NCBI GenBank assembly: GCA_964563105.1
Contig: CAZLXM010000001.1
Location: 61,622-125,621 of the forward strand
Direction: 5' to 3'
DNA from: an uncultured Bacteroidaceae bacterium
Lineage (GTDB): Bacteria; Bacteroidota; Bacteroidia; Bacteroidales; GCA-2748055
DNA: 64,000 nt
Made by a program: the position numbers and the translations under genes
Part shown: positions 10,591 to 20,128 of the stretch, piece after piece
How the letters are laid out: the number at the start of each line of letters is the position of its first letter
Position numbering within the stretch: position 1 is the first letter of the stretch
Notes under the pieces: generated by a model
Database searches by the model: none
What the model saw: only the letters and a program-made list of their open reading frames with translations
What the model was told of the DNA's origin: nothing

Positions 10591-11361
10591 ATGAATATTA
10601 ACCGTAGAATTTTTATAAAAAATACGGCAGCACAAATAAGCGGATTGGCTGCTATACCTGTTATTATCCAGGCATCTATGCCTGATGCTGAAAAAAGAAA
10701 TAAAAACCTCATTAAAACACTTAAAACTAATGATATTGTTTTGTTTCAGGGAGATTCAATAACTGACGCAAGAAGAGACAAAAAAATAGTGGCAGAAAAT
10801 ATAAATTATGCTTTTGGCTCAGGCTATGCCTTGATAGCTGCTTCTGAACTAATGAGAAAGTATCCTGAAAAAAATTTAAAGCTCTTTAACCGCGGAATAA
10901 GCGGGCATAAAGTTTATCAATTAAGAGACAGATGGAAAGAGGATTGTATAGACCTTAAACCTTCACTCCTGAGTATTTTAATCGGAGTAAACGACTTTGC
11001 TCATAGTTTAAGTAACAGATTTGACGGAACGGTTGAAAGATATGAAAATGAGTATAGGGAATTATTAAATACTACTTTGAGTGAGCTGCCAAATGTTAAA
11101 TTAGTTATCTGCGAACCATTTGCCGTAAAAGGAGGAAGTTCCATCAATGAGAAATGGTTTCCGGGTTTTGGAGAATATCAGAAAGTGGCAAAAAAGATAG
11201 CCCTTGAGTTTAACGCGGTGTTTATACCTTTTCAAAAAATGTTTGATGAAGCTTTGAAATTTGCCCCGGCATCTTACTGGGCCCCGGACGGAGTTCATCC
11301 GTCAATGCCAGGAGCTTCACTTATGGCGCAGGCATGGTTAAAAGCAGTTGGTTTTAAATAA
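10591..11361 (+). CDS. SGNH/GDSL-family esterase with twin-arginine (Tat) signal
   Basis: 256 aa. The Tat-like N-terminus is NRRIFIKNTAAQISGLAAIP. SGNH block I is FQGDSITD, block III is IGVNDF and block V is DGVHP. Confidence 0.8.
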   Translation: MNINRRIFIKNTAAQISGLAAIPVIIQASMPDAEKRNKNLIKTLKTNDIVLFQGDSITDARRDKKIVAENINYAFGSGYALIAASELMRKYPEKNLKLFNRGISGHKVYQLRDRWKEDCIDLKPSLLSILIGVNDFAHSLSNRFDGTVERYENEYRELLNTTLSELPNVKLVICEPFAVKGGSSINEKWFPGFGEYQKVAKKIALEFNAVFIPFQKMFDEALKFAPASYWAPDGVHPSMPGASLMAQAWLKAVGFK

Positions 11362-11387
11362 CTATAGCATATTTTTAATTTTTTTAA

Positions 11388-12755
11388 ATGAACTTAAAGT
11401 TAAAGTCAGGGTTATTAATATTTTTTATCCCTGTCTTATTTCTTACGTTTTCCTCCTGCTTTACGGAGGAGTCACAAAATTATACCGGAAAAAGAAACAG
11501 AATAAATATTGAATTCTCTGAGTCAGATTCTGTTTTTGCTAATCCGGGCCAGGGATGGATGAGTTCACGGCTTCCCGGTTCTATCAAATATATTAGGATC
11601 GGATGGGCTGAGCTTGAACCGGAAAAAGGAAAATATAACTGGGGGCCATTTGAAAGAGCTATCGAAGAAGGGAGGGAGAAAGGCAGAAAAATTTCTATTA
11701 GAATTATGACTTGCAATGCTCATAGTAAAACTTATTATACTTCGCCAAAATGGCTGTTTGACTATGGTTGCAAGGGAATTGAATATCTTAGGGGAGGAGA
11801 TGATCCAACATTCGGAGGTATAAGAACTCTCAGAATAGAACCAGTTTATTCTGATCCGCTATTTCTATATCACCATGAAGAATTTATAAAAGCTCTTGCC
11901 GATAAATATAATGGTAGTCCGGATCTTGAATTTCTTGATATAGGATCATACGGAATATGGGGAGAATGGCACACACCTAATCCCGCACCAGTGGAAGTAA
12001 GGAAAAAAATAGTTGATATGTATGTTAATGCTTTTACTAAAACTCCCCTGGTTTTTATGACTGACGATGCTGAAGTTCTTCCATATGCCTTAAGTAAGGG
12101 AACAGGATTGAGAAGAGACGGGGTAGGGTCCAGATGGCATGAAAACACATGGATCGGCTCTGAAAAATATGCCGGTGTTGAAGATATGGCTGAAGCCTGG
12201 AAACAGGCACCTGTTGTTTTTGAATGGTATGGTAATTATGATTATTTATTAAGCCGAAACTGGTCATTTGATTCAGCCGTTAATTTCATGCTCAATAATC
12301 ACGTTACTATTATTAATGATAATATTGGAAAAGTCCCTGATGATCAAATGCCAAAAATCTATAAACTAGCAAGATTAGCTGGTGCACGTCTCGTATTAAA
12401 TGAAATTAGTTATCCTGTTAAAGTAAAAAGAGGAAACGATTTTAAAATACAGATGAAATTTTCAAATAAGGGAGTAGGTAAGTTATACCATCCTTATGTG
12501 ATAAGGTGTTTTTTACTTGACACTGGTGAGGATATTGAATATTATTTTGACTTACAGGCTGATTTGATGAAATGGTTGCCAGGAGATTATGAGATCAATG
12601 AATCTGTAAATCTCCCTATATCAGTAAAAAAAGGAAAATATTCATTAGCCGTAGGCATAGTTGATAAAGAAGGAAAAAGAAATCCTTTCAAATTGGCAAT
12701 TAATCTGCCGGAACAAAATGGATTGTATATATTAAATGATATTAAAATAAATTAA
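11388..12755 (+). CDS. Exported glycoside-hydrolase-like protein (DUF4832-type TIM-barrel plus beta-sandwich)
   Basis: 455 aa with the signal/lipobox FLTFSSC. The block NPGQGWMS...IRIGWAELEPEKGKYNW resembles the GH42/DUF4832 N-terminal region. The family call is from memory. Confidence 0.45.
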   Translation: MNLKLKSGLLIFFIPVLFLTFSSCFTEESQNYTGKRNRINIEFSESDSVFANPGQGWMSSRLPGSIKYIRIGWAELEPEKGKYNWGPFERAIEEGREKGRKISIRIMTCNAHSKTYYTSPKWLFDYGCKGIEYLRGGDDPTFGGIRTLRIEPVYSDPLFLYHHEEFIKALADKYNGSPDLEFLDIGSYGIWGEWHTPNPAPVEVRKKIVDMYVNAFTKTPLVFMTDDAEVLPYALSKGTGLRRDGVGSRWHENTWIGSEKYAGVEDMAEAWKQAPVVFEWYGNYDYLLSRNWSFDSAVNFMLNNHVTIINDNIGKVPDDQMPKIYKLARLAGARLVLNEISYPVKVKRGNDFKIQMKFSNKGVGKLYHPYVIRCFLLDTGEDIEYYFDLQADLMKWLPGDYEINESVNLPISVKKGKYSLAVGIVDKEGKRNPFKLAINLPEQNGLYILNDIKIN

Positions 12756-12807
12756 TTTTAGTAAAAAACTGACAGAATAGTTTAATCCTTTATTTTTATA
12801 TTATCAT

Positions 12808-14526
12808 TCACCAAAAGAAGTTGCATCTGTATTCCGCTTTATTACCTTTTGCATCTTCCGCATATACTTCCAGTTCGTGACTTTGACCACTGTTCAGCCT
12901 TTTTTTATCAAAAGTATAGAATAATAATTTATTTTTCGGATCGTACTCAAAAAGAACCCATTGTTTATTGATATAGCCATTGTAGGAATTTATCCCCGTA
13001 AGATTATCATCAAGTGTGAAACTTATGTTTGAGCTATTACTCATGTCCTTTCCGGATGAAATATTTTGAGGTTTTAATGTAGGGGCTATTGTATCTAAAT
13101 CCAGACTATAAACACCAAATTCATTTATGTTTGTAGCAATATAATCACCATTCCATGTTCCTCCGCAACTTGATCTGTTTTTTCCTCCGTTTAATTTAAC
13201 TATCACTGTTTTTTCTCTTAATTCCCGGGGGATCATATCTGCTTTTAGTCTTAATTGTGCTGACCGGTGTAAAGGTGTTAAACTATCATGTAAATAATGA
13301 ATAAAAGGATAAAAATTATTGTTTATTTCATCGGATGAATATTTAAAACTGATATTCTCATATAAAGCGCCTTGAGGCACAATGATCTCCATATAATGAG
13401 TAGCATGACGATTTATTCCATTCCAGGAGAATTTTGCTGAATATTCAGGCCTGATAAATTCAATAAGAGGATTATAATTTACTCCTTCAACTGATAAATT
13501 AAGACTTGATTCATTTCCTGCCACATCTCTTACAATTATCTCCACTTCCGTATTATCACCATTATAAAACTCAAGAATACCATTATTGATAGCCCCTTTA
13601 TATAAAGAAAGACGATTGTTAGGTTTGATATACAATAAATTTATTCTTTTTTTCAAAGTTTTTGATGCAGGATAATCAATATGGGCATTTATATATCTGG
13701 ACTCATTAAAATCAATTTTATCTATAGTGTAATTAAATACAGTTTTTCCGTCTGCACGCAATTCAATTGAAAAAGCTCCACACCGGTTAGAACTTCCATC
13801 AACATAATCATAAGCTTCAATGCCAAATCCGACTTTGCCATGGATCCTTATTGCTTTATTTTCGGAAATCCTGTATTTACCCGGAGCTGTGCTTTCCAGG
13901 GGCATATAAACCGGCTTATTGCCTGAATTGATCTGACTGCCCGAATCAATAGGATATGCTGCAAAATATATCAAAGATGGCCTTGTTTTATCAGTAATAT
14001 TGAAATTAGTATATTGCAAAACATTAATAGGAATTTGCCCTTCTGTTTTTCTTAACTCAAAATGGAGGTGAGGACCGCCTGAACTTCCGGTATTACCTGA
14101 ATATGCAATAAAGTCTCCCTGTTTAACAGAAAATTTATGTTTCTCGGGGAATATTTCAATTACATGGCTTTGCCTGGAATATTGTAAATCTTTAATATAA
14201 TTAGAAATCTGATTATTAAAATCATCCAGATGGGCATATACTGAGGTGATCCCTTCCGGATGATCAATATATATTGATTTTCCATAACCTCCGGTTTGAA
14301 CTCTGATCCTTGAAATATATCCGTCAGCAACCGAAAACACTTTTTTCCCTGTAACTCCTTGTGTCTTGATGTCAATTCCTGAATGAAAATGATCAGATCT
14401 GAGCTCTCCAAAATTAGCACTCAGATATAATGGAATATTTAAAGGTTCATTATAATTAAAATAAGATTGACCTTTTAAAAAATAAAAATAAGAAAGAAAA
14501 ATAGTAAGACTGTAAATATATTTCAT
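12808..14526 (-). CDS. M23-family (LytM-type) metallopeptidase with long C-terminal extension
   Basis: 572 aa. The M23 zinc motifs are HFHSGIDI and GGPHLHFELR. A signal peptide is present. Confidence 0.8.
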   Translation of the reverse strand: MKYIYSLTIFLSYFYFLKGQSYFNYNEPLNIPLYLSANFGELRSDHFHSGIDIKTQGVTGKKVFSVADGYISRIRVQTGGYGKSIYIDHPEGITSVYAHLDDFNNQISNYIKDLQYSRQSHVIEIFPEKHKFSVKQGDFIAYSGNTGSSGGPHLHFELRKTEGQIPINVLQYTNFNITDKTRPSLIYFAAYPIDSGSQINSGNKPVYMPLESTAPGKYRISENKAIRIHGKVGFGIEAYDYVDGSSNRCGAFSIELRADGKTVFNYTIDKIDFNESRYINAHIDYPASKTLKKRINLLYIKPNNRLSLYKGAINNGILEFYNGDNTEVEIIVRDVAGNESSLNLSVEGVNYNPLIEFIRPEYSAKFSWNGINRHATHYMEIIVPQGALYENISFKYSSDEINNNFYPFIHYLHDSLTPLHRSAQLRLKADMIPRELREKTVIVKLNGGKNRSSCGGTWNGDYIATNINEFGVYSLDLDTIAPTLKPQNISSGKDMSNSSNISFTLDDNLTGINSYNGYINKQWVLFEYDPKNKLLFYTFDKKRLNSGQSHELEVYAEDAKGNKAEYRCNFFW

Positions 14527-14761
14527 TGATATTTTATTTATTTAAACTAAAAATACCGGATTTTTCAAATATGCTAAAAATACAGGAATTCCACAATTAG
14601 ATTTAAATATTCTTTTAATAATGGTTTTGGCTATTGTTGATAAAGTAAAATATTATTACATTAAATGCAGAAACTAAACCATTTAGTTATTTCAGGATTA
14701 TTTGAAAACGGAACTGCTGAAAAAATAATGAGCTATCCTTTTTTATTTCACAAACCCTTGC

Positions 14762-14769
14762 TATATTTG
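14762..14769 (+). promoter_or_regulatory. Candidate Bacteroidota -7 promoter element (TATATTTG)
   Basis: It matches TAnnTTTG and ends 14 nt upstream of the ATG at 14784. Confidence 0.3.
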
Positions 14770-14783
14770 TAATAAGATAATTA

Positions 14784-15080
14784 ATGATGGAATTTGACCA
14801 AATAGAAATTGTTGGGACACTTAGGTCAAGGATAAAGAAAATAATGGAATTATATGAGAAAGAGAGAGATGAAAAGAAAATTATCCTTGATGAAAAAAGT
14901 GAATTATTAATTAAATTGCAGGCACAGGAAAAGAAAATTAATGAACTTGAGCATAAATACAGTACATTACAGATTGCAAAATCCCTTCTGGCAGGGAGTA
15001 ATGATGAACAGGAAGCCAGATCGAAAGTGAACAGGATGGTGCGGGAAATTGATAAATGTATTGCTCTTTTAAACCGGTAA
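14784..15080 (+). CDS. Small coiled-coil protein, possibly a division-associated ZapA partner
   Basis: 98 aa with heptad-rich, charged sequence. It lies immediately upstream of zapA. Function is inferred from context only. Confidence 0.35.
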   Translation: MMEFDQIEIVGTLRSRIKKIMELYEKERDEKKIILDEKSELLIKLQAQEKKINELEHKYSTLQIAKSLLAGSNDEQEARSKVNRMVREIDKCIALLNR

Positions 15081-15093
15081 TGGATTGTGAAAA

Positions 15094-15384
15094 ATGGAGG
15101 ATAAATTATCTATTAAGGTAAATGTGGCTGACAGGTATTATCCTTTAAAGATTGACCGGGAAGATGAAGAAAAAATTAGAAAAGCAGCCAGGCTGATAAA
15201 TGAAAAGGTTTTACAATATAAGCAACGGTACACAGACAAAGATACACAGGATTTTATAGCGATGGCGGCATTACAGTTTGTGATAAAGCTTATTGAAAGT
15301 GAAGATCAATCTGATTCATCCTTTATTATGGATCATATCAGAAACCTTTCAGATGAGCTTGACGTATATCTTAAAAAAGAGTAA
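15094..15384 (+). CDS. zapA: Cell division protein ZapA
   Basis: 96 aa. The ZapA-like core reads VNVADRYYPLKIDREDEEKIRKAARLINEKV. Confidence 0.7.
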   Translation: MEDKLSIKVNVADRYYPLKIDREDEEKIRKAARLINEKVLQYKQRYTDKDTQDFIAMAALQFVIKLIESEDQSDSSFIMDHIRNLSDELDVYLKKE

Positions 15385-15411
15385 TAACGTTCTTTAAATA
15401 TAAACAATATT

Positions 15412-15610
15412 GCCCGCATTGTTTCTTTAAACATTTAAGGTAAACTCAACACTTACCACATTGGAGTAACATTCGGACGGAAATAAAGCAGGCCTCACCT
15501 TCTTCGGAAGGATCTTTGCGAAGATCAGAGGAAACTTAAAGCTGTCTGGTGTCTCCACCCATGTCAAATGGGGTTTTCTTAAATCTTAGAGAAACTTTGC
15601 GGGTTTTTTA
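15412..15610 (+). ncRNA. Structured small RNA candidate, 6S RNA-like (long interrupted closing stem, internal hairpins, U-tract end)
   Basis: The 5' arm CCCGCATTGTTTCTTTAAACATTTAAG (from 15413) pairs with the 3' arm CTTAAATCTTAGAGAAACTTTGCGGG (ending 15603). The 3' arm is followed by TTTTTTATT. Internal hairpins are CCTTCTTCGGAAGG, ATCTTTGCGAAGAT and CCCATGTCAAATGGG. There is no ORF. The location directly after zapA matches the E. coli zapA-ssrS order. Confidence 0.45.
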
Positions 15611-15628
15611 TTATAAAATGATAGGGAA

Positions 15629-17203
15629 ATGGAAAAAATAATATTAATATCTGTTTTTGCGATCCCGGTGTTTTGGTGCACAATTGCAGCTATTGCCGGA
15701 ATATTCGCCGGGGCTTTCATCGCATATATGATAATAGATTATAATCTAAAGAAAAAATCAAGAAATATTATTAAAGATGCTGAAGCTGAAGCTGAAGTTA
15801 TTAAAAAAGAAAAAATACTTCAGGCAAAAGAGAAATTCCTTCTCCTTAAAACTGAACATGAAAGGATGATTAATGAGAAAAATCAAAAAATTGTTCAAAG
15901 AGAAGTTCAGATAAAGCAAAAGGAAGTATTGTTATCTCAGAAATTTGAAGAGGTTCAAAGAAGAAGTGTTGAACAGGATGCAATAAAGGAAAACCTAAAT
16001 AATCAGTTTGATTTGTTGGAAAAGAGAAGAGATGAAATTGAAAAATTCCATAAACAACAAATTGAACAACTGGAAGCAATTTCTGGCCTCTCAGCCGAAG
16101 AAGCCAAATTACAACTAATTGGTTCATTAAAAGATGAAGCAAAACTTGAAGCTATGTCTCTGATAAATGAGATAATAGATGAGGCTAAAATGACAGCTAA
16201 TAAAGAGGCCAAAAAAATTATTATTGAAACAATCCAGAGAATTGCTACCGAAACTGCCATTGAAAATTCTGTAACTGTATTCAATATTGATAATGACGAA
16301 ATAAAAGGGCGAATAATAGGACGTGAAGGTCGAAATATCAGGGCGCTGGAGGCTTCTACAGGTGTCGAAATTATAGTTGATGATACTCCCGAAGCTATAG
16401 TTTTATCCGCATTTGATCCGGTTATAAGAGAAATTGCCCGTCTTTCACTTCATCAACTGGTTTCTGATGGTCGTATTCATCCTGCACGAATTGAAGAAAT
16501 TGTAGAAAAAACAAAAAAACAGTTAGAAGAAGAAATTGTTGAAGTAGGGAAAAGAACTGCTATTGATTTGGGTATTCATGGATTACATCCGGAATTGATC
16601 AGACTGATAGGTAAAATGAAATATCGCTCTTCTTATGGCCAAAACCTTTTACAACATTCAAGAGAAGTTGCAAATCTTTGTGCTATAATGGCTAGTGAAT
16701 TAGGGCTTAATGCAAAACTTGCAAGAAGGGCCGGACTACTGCATGATATTGGAAAAGTACCTGATGATGAGCCTTCATTGCCGCATGCATTGCTTGGAAT
16801 GAAAATGGCGGAACGATATAAAGAAAAACCCGAAATATGTAATGCTATCGGCGCCCATCATGATGAGGTCGAAATGACAACCCTTTTAGCACCCATAGTT
16901 CAGGCATGTGATGCAATTTCGGGGGCCAGGCCGGGTGCCAGAAGAGAGATTGTTGAAGCATATATCAAAAGGCTTAAAGAATTGGAATCACTTGCACTTT
17001 CTTATCCGGGCGTATTAAAAACATATGCAATTCAGGCAGGAAGAGAATTGAGAGTAATAGTTGGAGCTGAAAAGGTTTCTGATAAAGAAGTTGAGTCATT
17101 ATCATACGATATAGCAAAAAAAATCCAGGATGAAATGACATATCCCGGACAGGTTAAAATTACCGTAATCAGGGAAACCAGGGCTATAAGCTATGCAAAA
17201 TAA
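15629..17203 (+). CDS. rny: Ribonuclease Y
   Basis: 524 aa with an N-terminal TM helix and a long coiled coil. The KH motif is [15 protein letters not shown] and the HD motif is LLHDIGK. Confidence 0.95.
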   Translation: MEKIILISVFAIPVFWCTIAAIAGIFAGAFIAYMIIDYNLKKKSRNIIKDAEAEAEVIKKEKILQAKEKFLLLKTEHERMINEKNQKIVQREVQIKQKEVLLSQKFEEVQRRSVEQDAIKENLNNQFDLLEKRRDEIEKFHKQQIEQLEAISGLSAEEAKLQLIGSLKDEAKLEAMSLINEIIDEAKMTANKEAKKIIIETIQRIATETAIENSVTVFNIDNDEIKGRIIGREGRNIRALEASTGVEIIVDDTPEAIVLSAFDPVIREIARLSLHQLVSDGRIHPARIEEIVEKTKKQLEEEIVEVGKRTAIDLGIHGLHPELIRLIGKMKYRSSYGQNLLQHSREVANLCAIMASELGLNAKLARRAGLLHDIGKVPDDEPSLPHALLGMKMAERYKEKPEICNAIGAHHDEVEMTTLLAPIVQACDAISGARPGARREIVEAYIKRLKELESLALSYPGVLKTYAIQAGRELRVIVGAEKVSDKEVESLSYDIAKKIQDEMTYPGQVKITVIRETRAISYAK

Positions 17204-18257
17204 TATGAAAATTATTATCACCGGAACTGCCGGATTTATAGGATTTCATCTGGCTGCTAAATTGTCAGCTTCAAACCATCAGATAGTTGGTATTGATAAT
17301 ATCAATGATTATTATGATGTAAACCTAAAATATTCACGTTTAAAAAATACCGGAATAGAAATTGATAAAATTGAAGCAGGAAAGTTTCTTAAGAGCAAGA
17401 ATAACAATTCATACACTTTTGTAAAATCCAATTTGGAAGATAAAGAAACTATTCTTAAAATATTTCATGAAATAAAGCCTGATATTGTCGTAAACCTTGC
17501 AGCTCAGGCCGGGGTAAGATATAGTATCACAAATCCTGATACATATATTTCATCTAATATTCAGGGTTTCCTTAATATACTTGAAGCTTGCAGAAAATAT
17601 CCGGTAAAACATTTGGTCTATGCTTCTTCATCCAGTGTTTATGGTTTGAATAAGAAAATGCCATTTTCAGTACATCATAATGTTGATCATCCTGTAAGCC
17701 TGTATGCTGCCAGCAAAAAAGCTAATGAGCTTATGGCACACACATACAGCCATCTTTATAATATTCCATCCACAGGTTTGCGATTTTTTACAGTTTATGG
17801 TCCATGGGGAAGGCCTGACATGGCCCTTTTTCTATTTACCAGGGCTATATTGAAAGGTGAAAAAATCAAGGTTTTTAATTATGGAAATATGGAGAGGGAT
17901 TTTACATATGTAGATGACATTGTTAATGGTATTGAAAAAATAATTCATCAGCCACCTGATGAAAGATCCGGTTTCAATCCTCTGATCCCTGATCCGTCCT
18001 TTTCTTCAGCTCCTTATAAAATTTATAATATCGGAAATAATAATCCGGTAAAATTGATAGATTTTATAAAAGCTATAGAAAGTTCAACAGGAATTAAAGC
18101 TGAAATGGAAATGTTGCCTATTCAGGCAGGAGATGTTGAAAAAACCTGGGCAGATGTTTCAGATCTTATCAATGATTTAGATTATAAACCTTTTACCCCC
18201 ATCCAAACCGGAATAGACAGATTTGTTGAATGGTATCGTAACTATTACCAGATGTGA
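17193..18257 (+). CDS. NAD-dependent nucleotide-sugar epimerase/dehydratase (UDP-glucuronate 4-epimerase-like SDR)
   Basis: 354 aa with the motifs [19 protein letters not shown] and YAASK. It overlaps the rny stop by 11 nt. Confidence 0.8.
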   Translation: MQNNMKIIITGTAGFIGFHLAAKLSASNHQIVGIDNINDYYDVNLKYSRLKNTGIEIDKIEAGKFLKSKNNNSYTFVKSNLEDKETILKIFHEIKPDIVVNLAAQAGVRYSITNPDTYISSNIQGFLNILEACRKYPVKHLVYASSSSVYGLNKKMPFSVHHNVDHPVSLYAASKKANELMAHTYSHLYNIPSTGLRFFTVYGPWGRPDMALFLFTRAILKGEKIKVFNYGNMERDFTYVDDIVNGIEKIIHQPPDERSGFNPLIPDPSFSSAPYKIYNIGNNNPVKLIDFIKAIESSTGIKAEMEMLPIQAGDVEKTWADVSDLINDLDYKPFTPIQTGIDRFVEWYRNYYQM

Positions 18258-18263
18258 TCAGGA

Positions 18264-19118
18264 TTATTCCTTTAATAATACTCTTAACAATTCATTTACC
18301 TGCTCAATCTTTTCCGGATAGCCCATTTTTTCATAAGAAAAAATAAGATTTCTTAATAAACGTTCAAGTGTTGTTAAATTGCTGCAGGGAGTATAATACT
18401 CCTTACGTGAATCAAGCTTTTGCTCATAAAGGAAAAAGTCAATCTCCCTTCTGCTTAATATAGTACCCTTATTATAAGGATTTATATAAAAAAGAATACC
18501 ATCAGGATCATCCTGATAGTTCTGATCCTGATATGCAAGAATATAATTTAATGGTAAATTGACTCCATAAACCGGTATATTTAATCGTTGAGCTACAATG
18601 GAATAAATAATGGAAAGACTGATGGGGTTTCCTTTTTCCCTTTCAAGTACCAGGTTAATAAAAGAATTACCGGGTGAGTAAAAATTAGAAGTATTTCCGG
18701 AAAACTTATGCTTTGCAAAAAAAATGTGATTCATTACCCTTATCTTTTCAAGGGCTGTAAGGCCTTCATGTAATTCTATCCATACTTCCTTCTGCAATTT
18801 CTCAATCTGAGCTTCCAGTTCTGAAAAATACAGGTCCGGATATTGATATTTTGCTATTAAATATGCACCATACAATAAATCCTCACTACCCGAAAGTCTC
18901 CATTGATATAATTCATCTTTTAGATCAGATAACTGAATGCTTTGAATAATATCCTCTATTTTATTCTGCAGGTCAGGATTCATTGTTGTTTCCCATGCTT
19001 TTTCAAGCCTGGGAATAATCTCTTTACCCATATCCTGTAATTTTAGGGTAACAAGCATTGAAACATCCTCATCCGGATCTTCCAAAAGCCTGATCATTGC
19101 ATGAATTTTTTTATCCAT
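18264..19118 (-). CDS. Transglutaminase-like / SirB1-family protein
   Basis: 284 aa. The core GNPISLSIIYSIVAQRLNIPVYGVNLPLNYILAY recalls the SirB1/transglutaminase-like family, a call from memory. Confidence 0.5.
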   Translation of the reverse strand: MDKKIHAMIRLLEDPDEDVSMLVTLKLQDMGKEIIPRLEKAWETTMNPDLQNKIEDIIQSIQLSDLKDELYQWRLSGSEDLLYGAYLIAKYQYPDLYFSELEAQIEKLQKEVWIELHEGLTALEKIRVMNHIFFAKHKFSGNTSNFYSPGNSFINLVLEREKGNPISLSIIYSIVAQRLNIPVYGVNLPLNYILAYQDQNYQDDPDGILFYINPYNKGTILSRREIDFFLYEQKLDSRKEYYTPCSNLTTLERLLRNLIFSYEKMGYPEKIEQVNELLRVLLKE

Positions 19119-19274
19119 ATGTTTTTCCGGAGTAAAATAAACCTGCAGGAATATAAATGTTTTTTCTTAACAAAAATACAATTAATTTTGCTATCTATTT
19201 TATAAATATCATCTGAAAGCTTTTTGCCTTAATCAACAGGAAAAAAATTACTGGAATTGTATAAAACCCGGATC

Positions 19275-20090
19275 ATGCGAAAAAACATTCAATTTATTCT
19301 TATTATAGCTGTTGCAGCTATAGTGATTGCTTTAATATTTGGCAGTAAAATATTTTATATTGTTCAACCTGGTGAAAGAGCAATAATTTTTAGAAAATTT
19401 ACTACCGGCCTGGATAAAGAAAAAATATTTAATTCAGGGTTCCATGTTATTGCCCCATGGAATGATTTTATTAAATATGATGTCAGAGAACAAAAGAGTG
19501 AAGAAACACTTGATATACTTGATAGAAATGGATTAACACTTAATGTTGATGTTTTTGTGAGATTTAATCCTGTTTATGATCGTATAGGATATTTGCATGA
19601 AACCATTGGCCAGGATTATGTTGGAAGGGTAGTGGTCCCTGAAATGCATTCTGCTGTTAGAAGGATAATGGGAAAATATAATGCTGAAGAAATATATTCT
19701 ACTATGAGAGCCAGGGTTGAAGAGGATATAATTTCAGAAACCAGAAATGCACTTAAAGCAAAAAACATCGAAATGCAAACCTTACTTATCCGGTCAATTA
19801 AACTCCCTGAACAACTAAAACAATCTATTGAAAGTAAATTAAAGCAGGAACAGGAAGCACTGGCTTATCAATTTCGACTTGAAAGGGAAAAAAGTGAAGC
19901 GGAAAGAAGAAGGATAGAAGCAGACGGTATTGCAAGATATAATGAAATAATAAATGCTTCATTATCTGAAAAAATATTGAAACAAAGAGGTATTGATGCA
20001 ACAATTGAGATTTCAAAATCCGAAAATTCAAAAATAATAGTTATTGGAACTGGCGAAAAAGGTCTTCCTGTAATCCTTGATGCTAAATAA
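19275..20090 (+). CDS. SPFH/band-7 (prohibitin-like) membrane protein
   Basis: The track ORF starts at a TTG at 19257, and I prefer the in-frame ATG at 19275. It has a TM helix, then an SPFH core (VQPGERAIIFRKF...) and a C-terminal coiled coil. Confidence 0.8.
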   Translation: MRKNIQFILIIAVAAIVIALIFGSKIFYIVQPGERAIIFRKFTTGLDKEKIFNSGFHVIAPWNDFIKYDVREQKSEETLDILDRNGLTLNVDVFVRFNPVYDRIGYLHETIGQDYVGRVVVPEMHSAVRRIMGKYNAEEIYSTMRARVEEDIISETRNALKAKNIEMQTLLIRSIKLPEQLKQSIESKLKQEQEALAYQFRLEREKSEAERRRIEADGIARYNEIINASLSEKILKQRGIDATIEISKSENSKIIVIGTGEKGLPVILDAK

Positions 20091-20128
20091 CCCCCTAATA
20101 TTTTTAAATTTTTAATAAATACCTTATT

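Noticed and set aside
15412-15610. Alternative identities for the zapA-rny RNA: SRP (4.5S) RNA, RNase P RNA or tmRNA.
   Set aside because: The GGACGGAAAUAAAGCAGGCC segment superficially resembles the SRP domain IV GGAA/AGCAG motif, but its flanks cannot form the required helix. GAGGAAACUU is not the RNase P GAGGAAAGUCC core, and the element is far too short. No tRNA-like end or tag ORF is present for a tmRNA.
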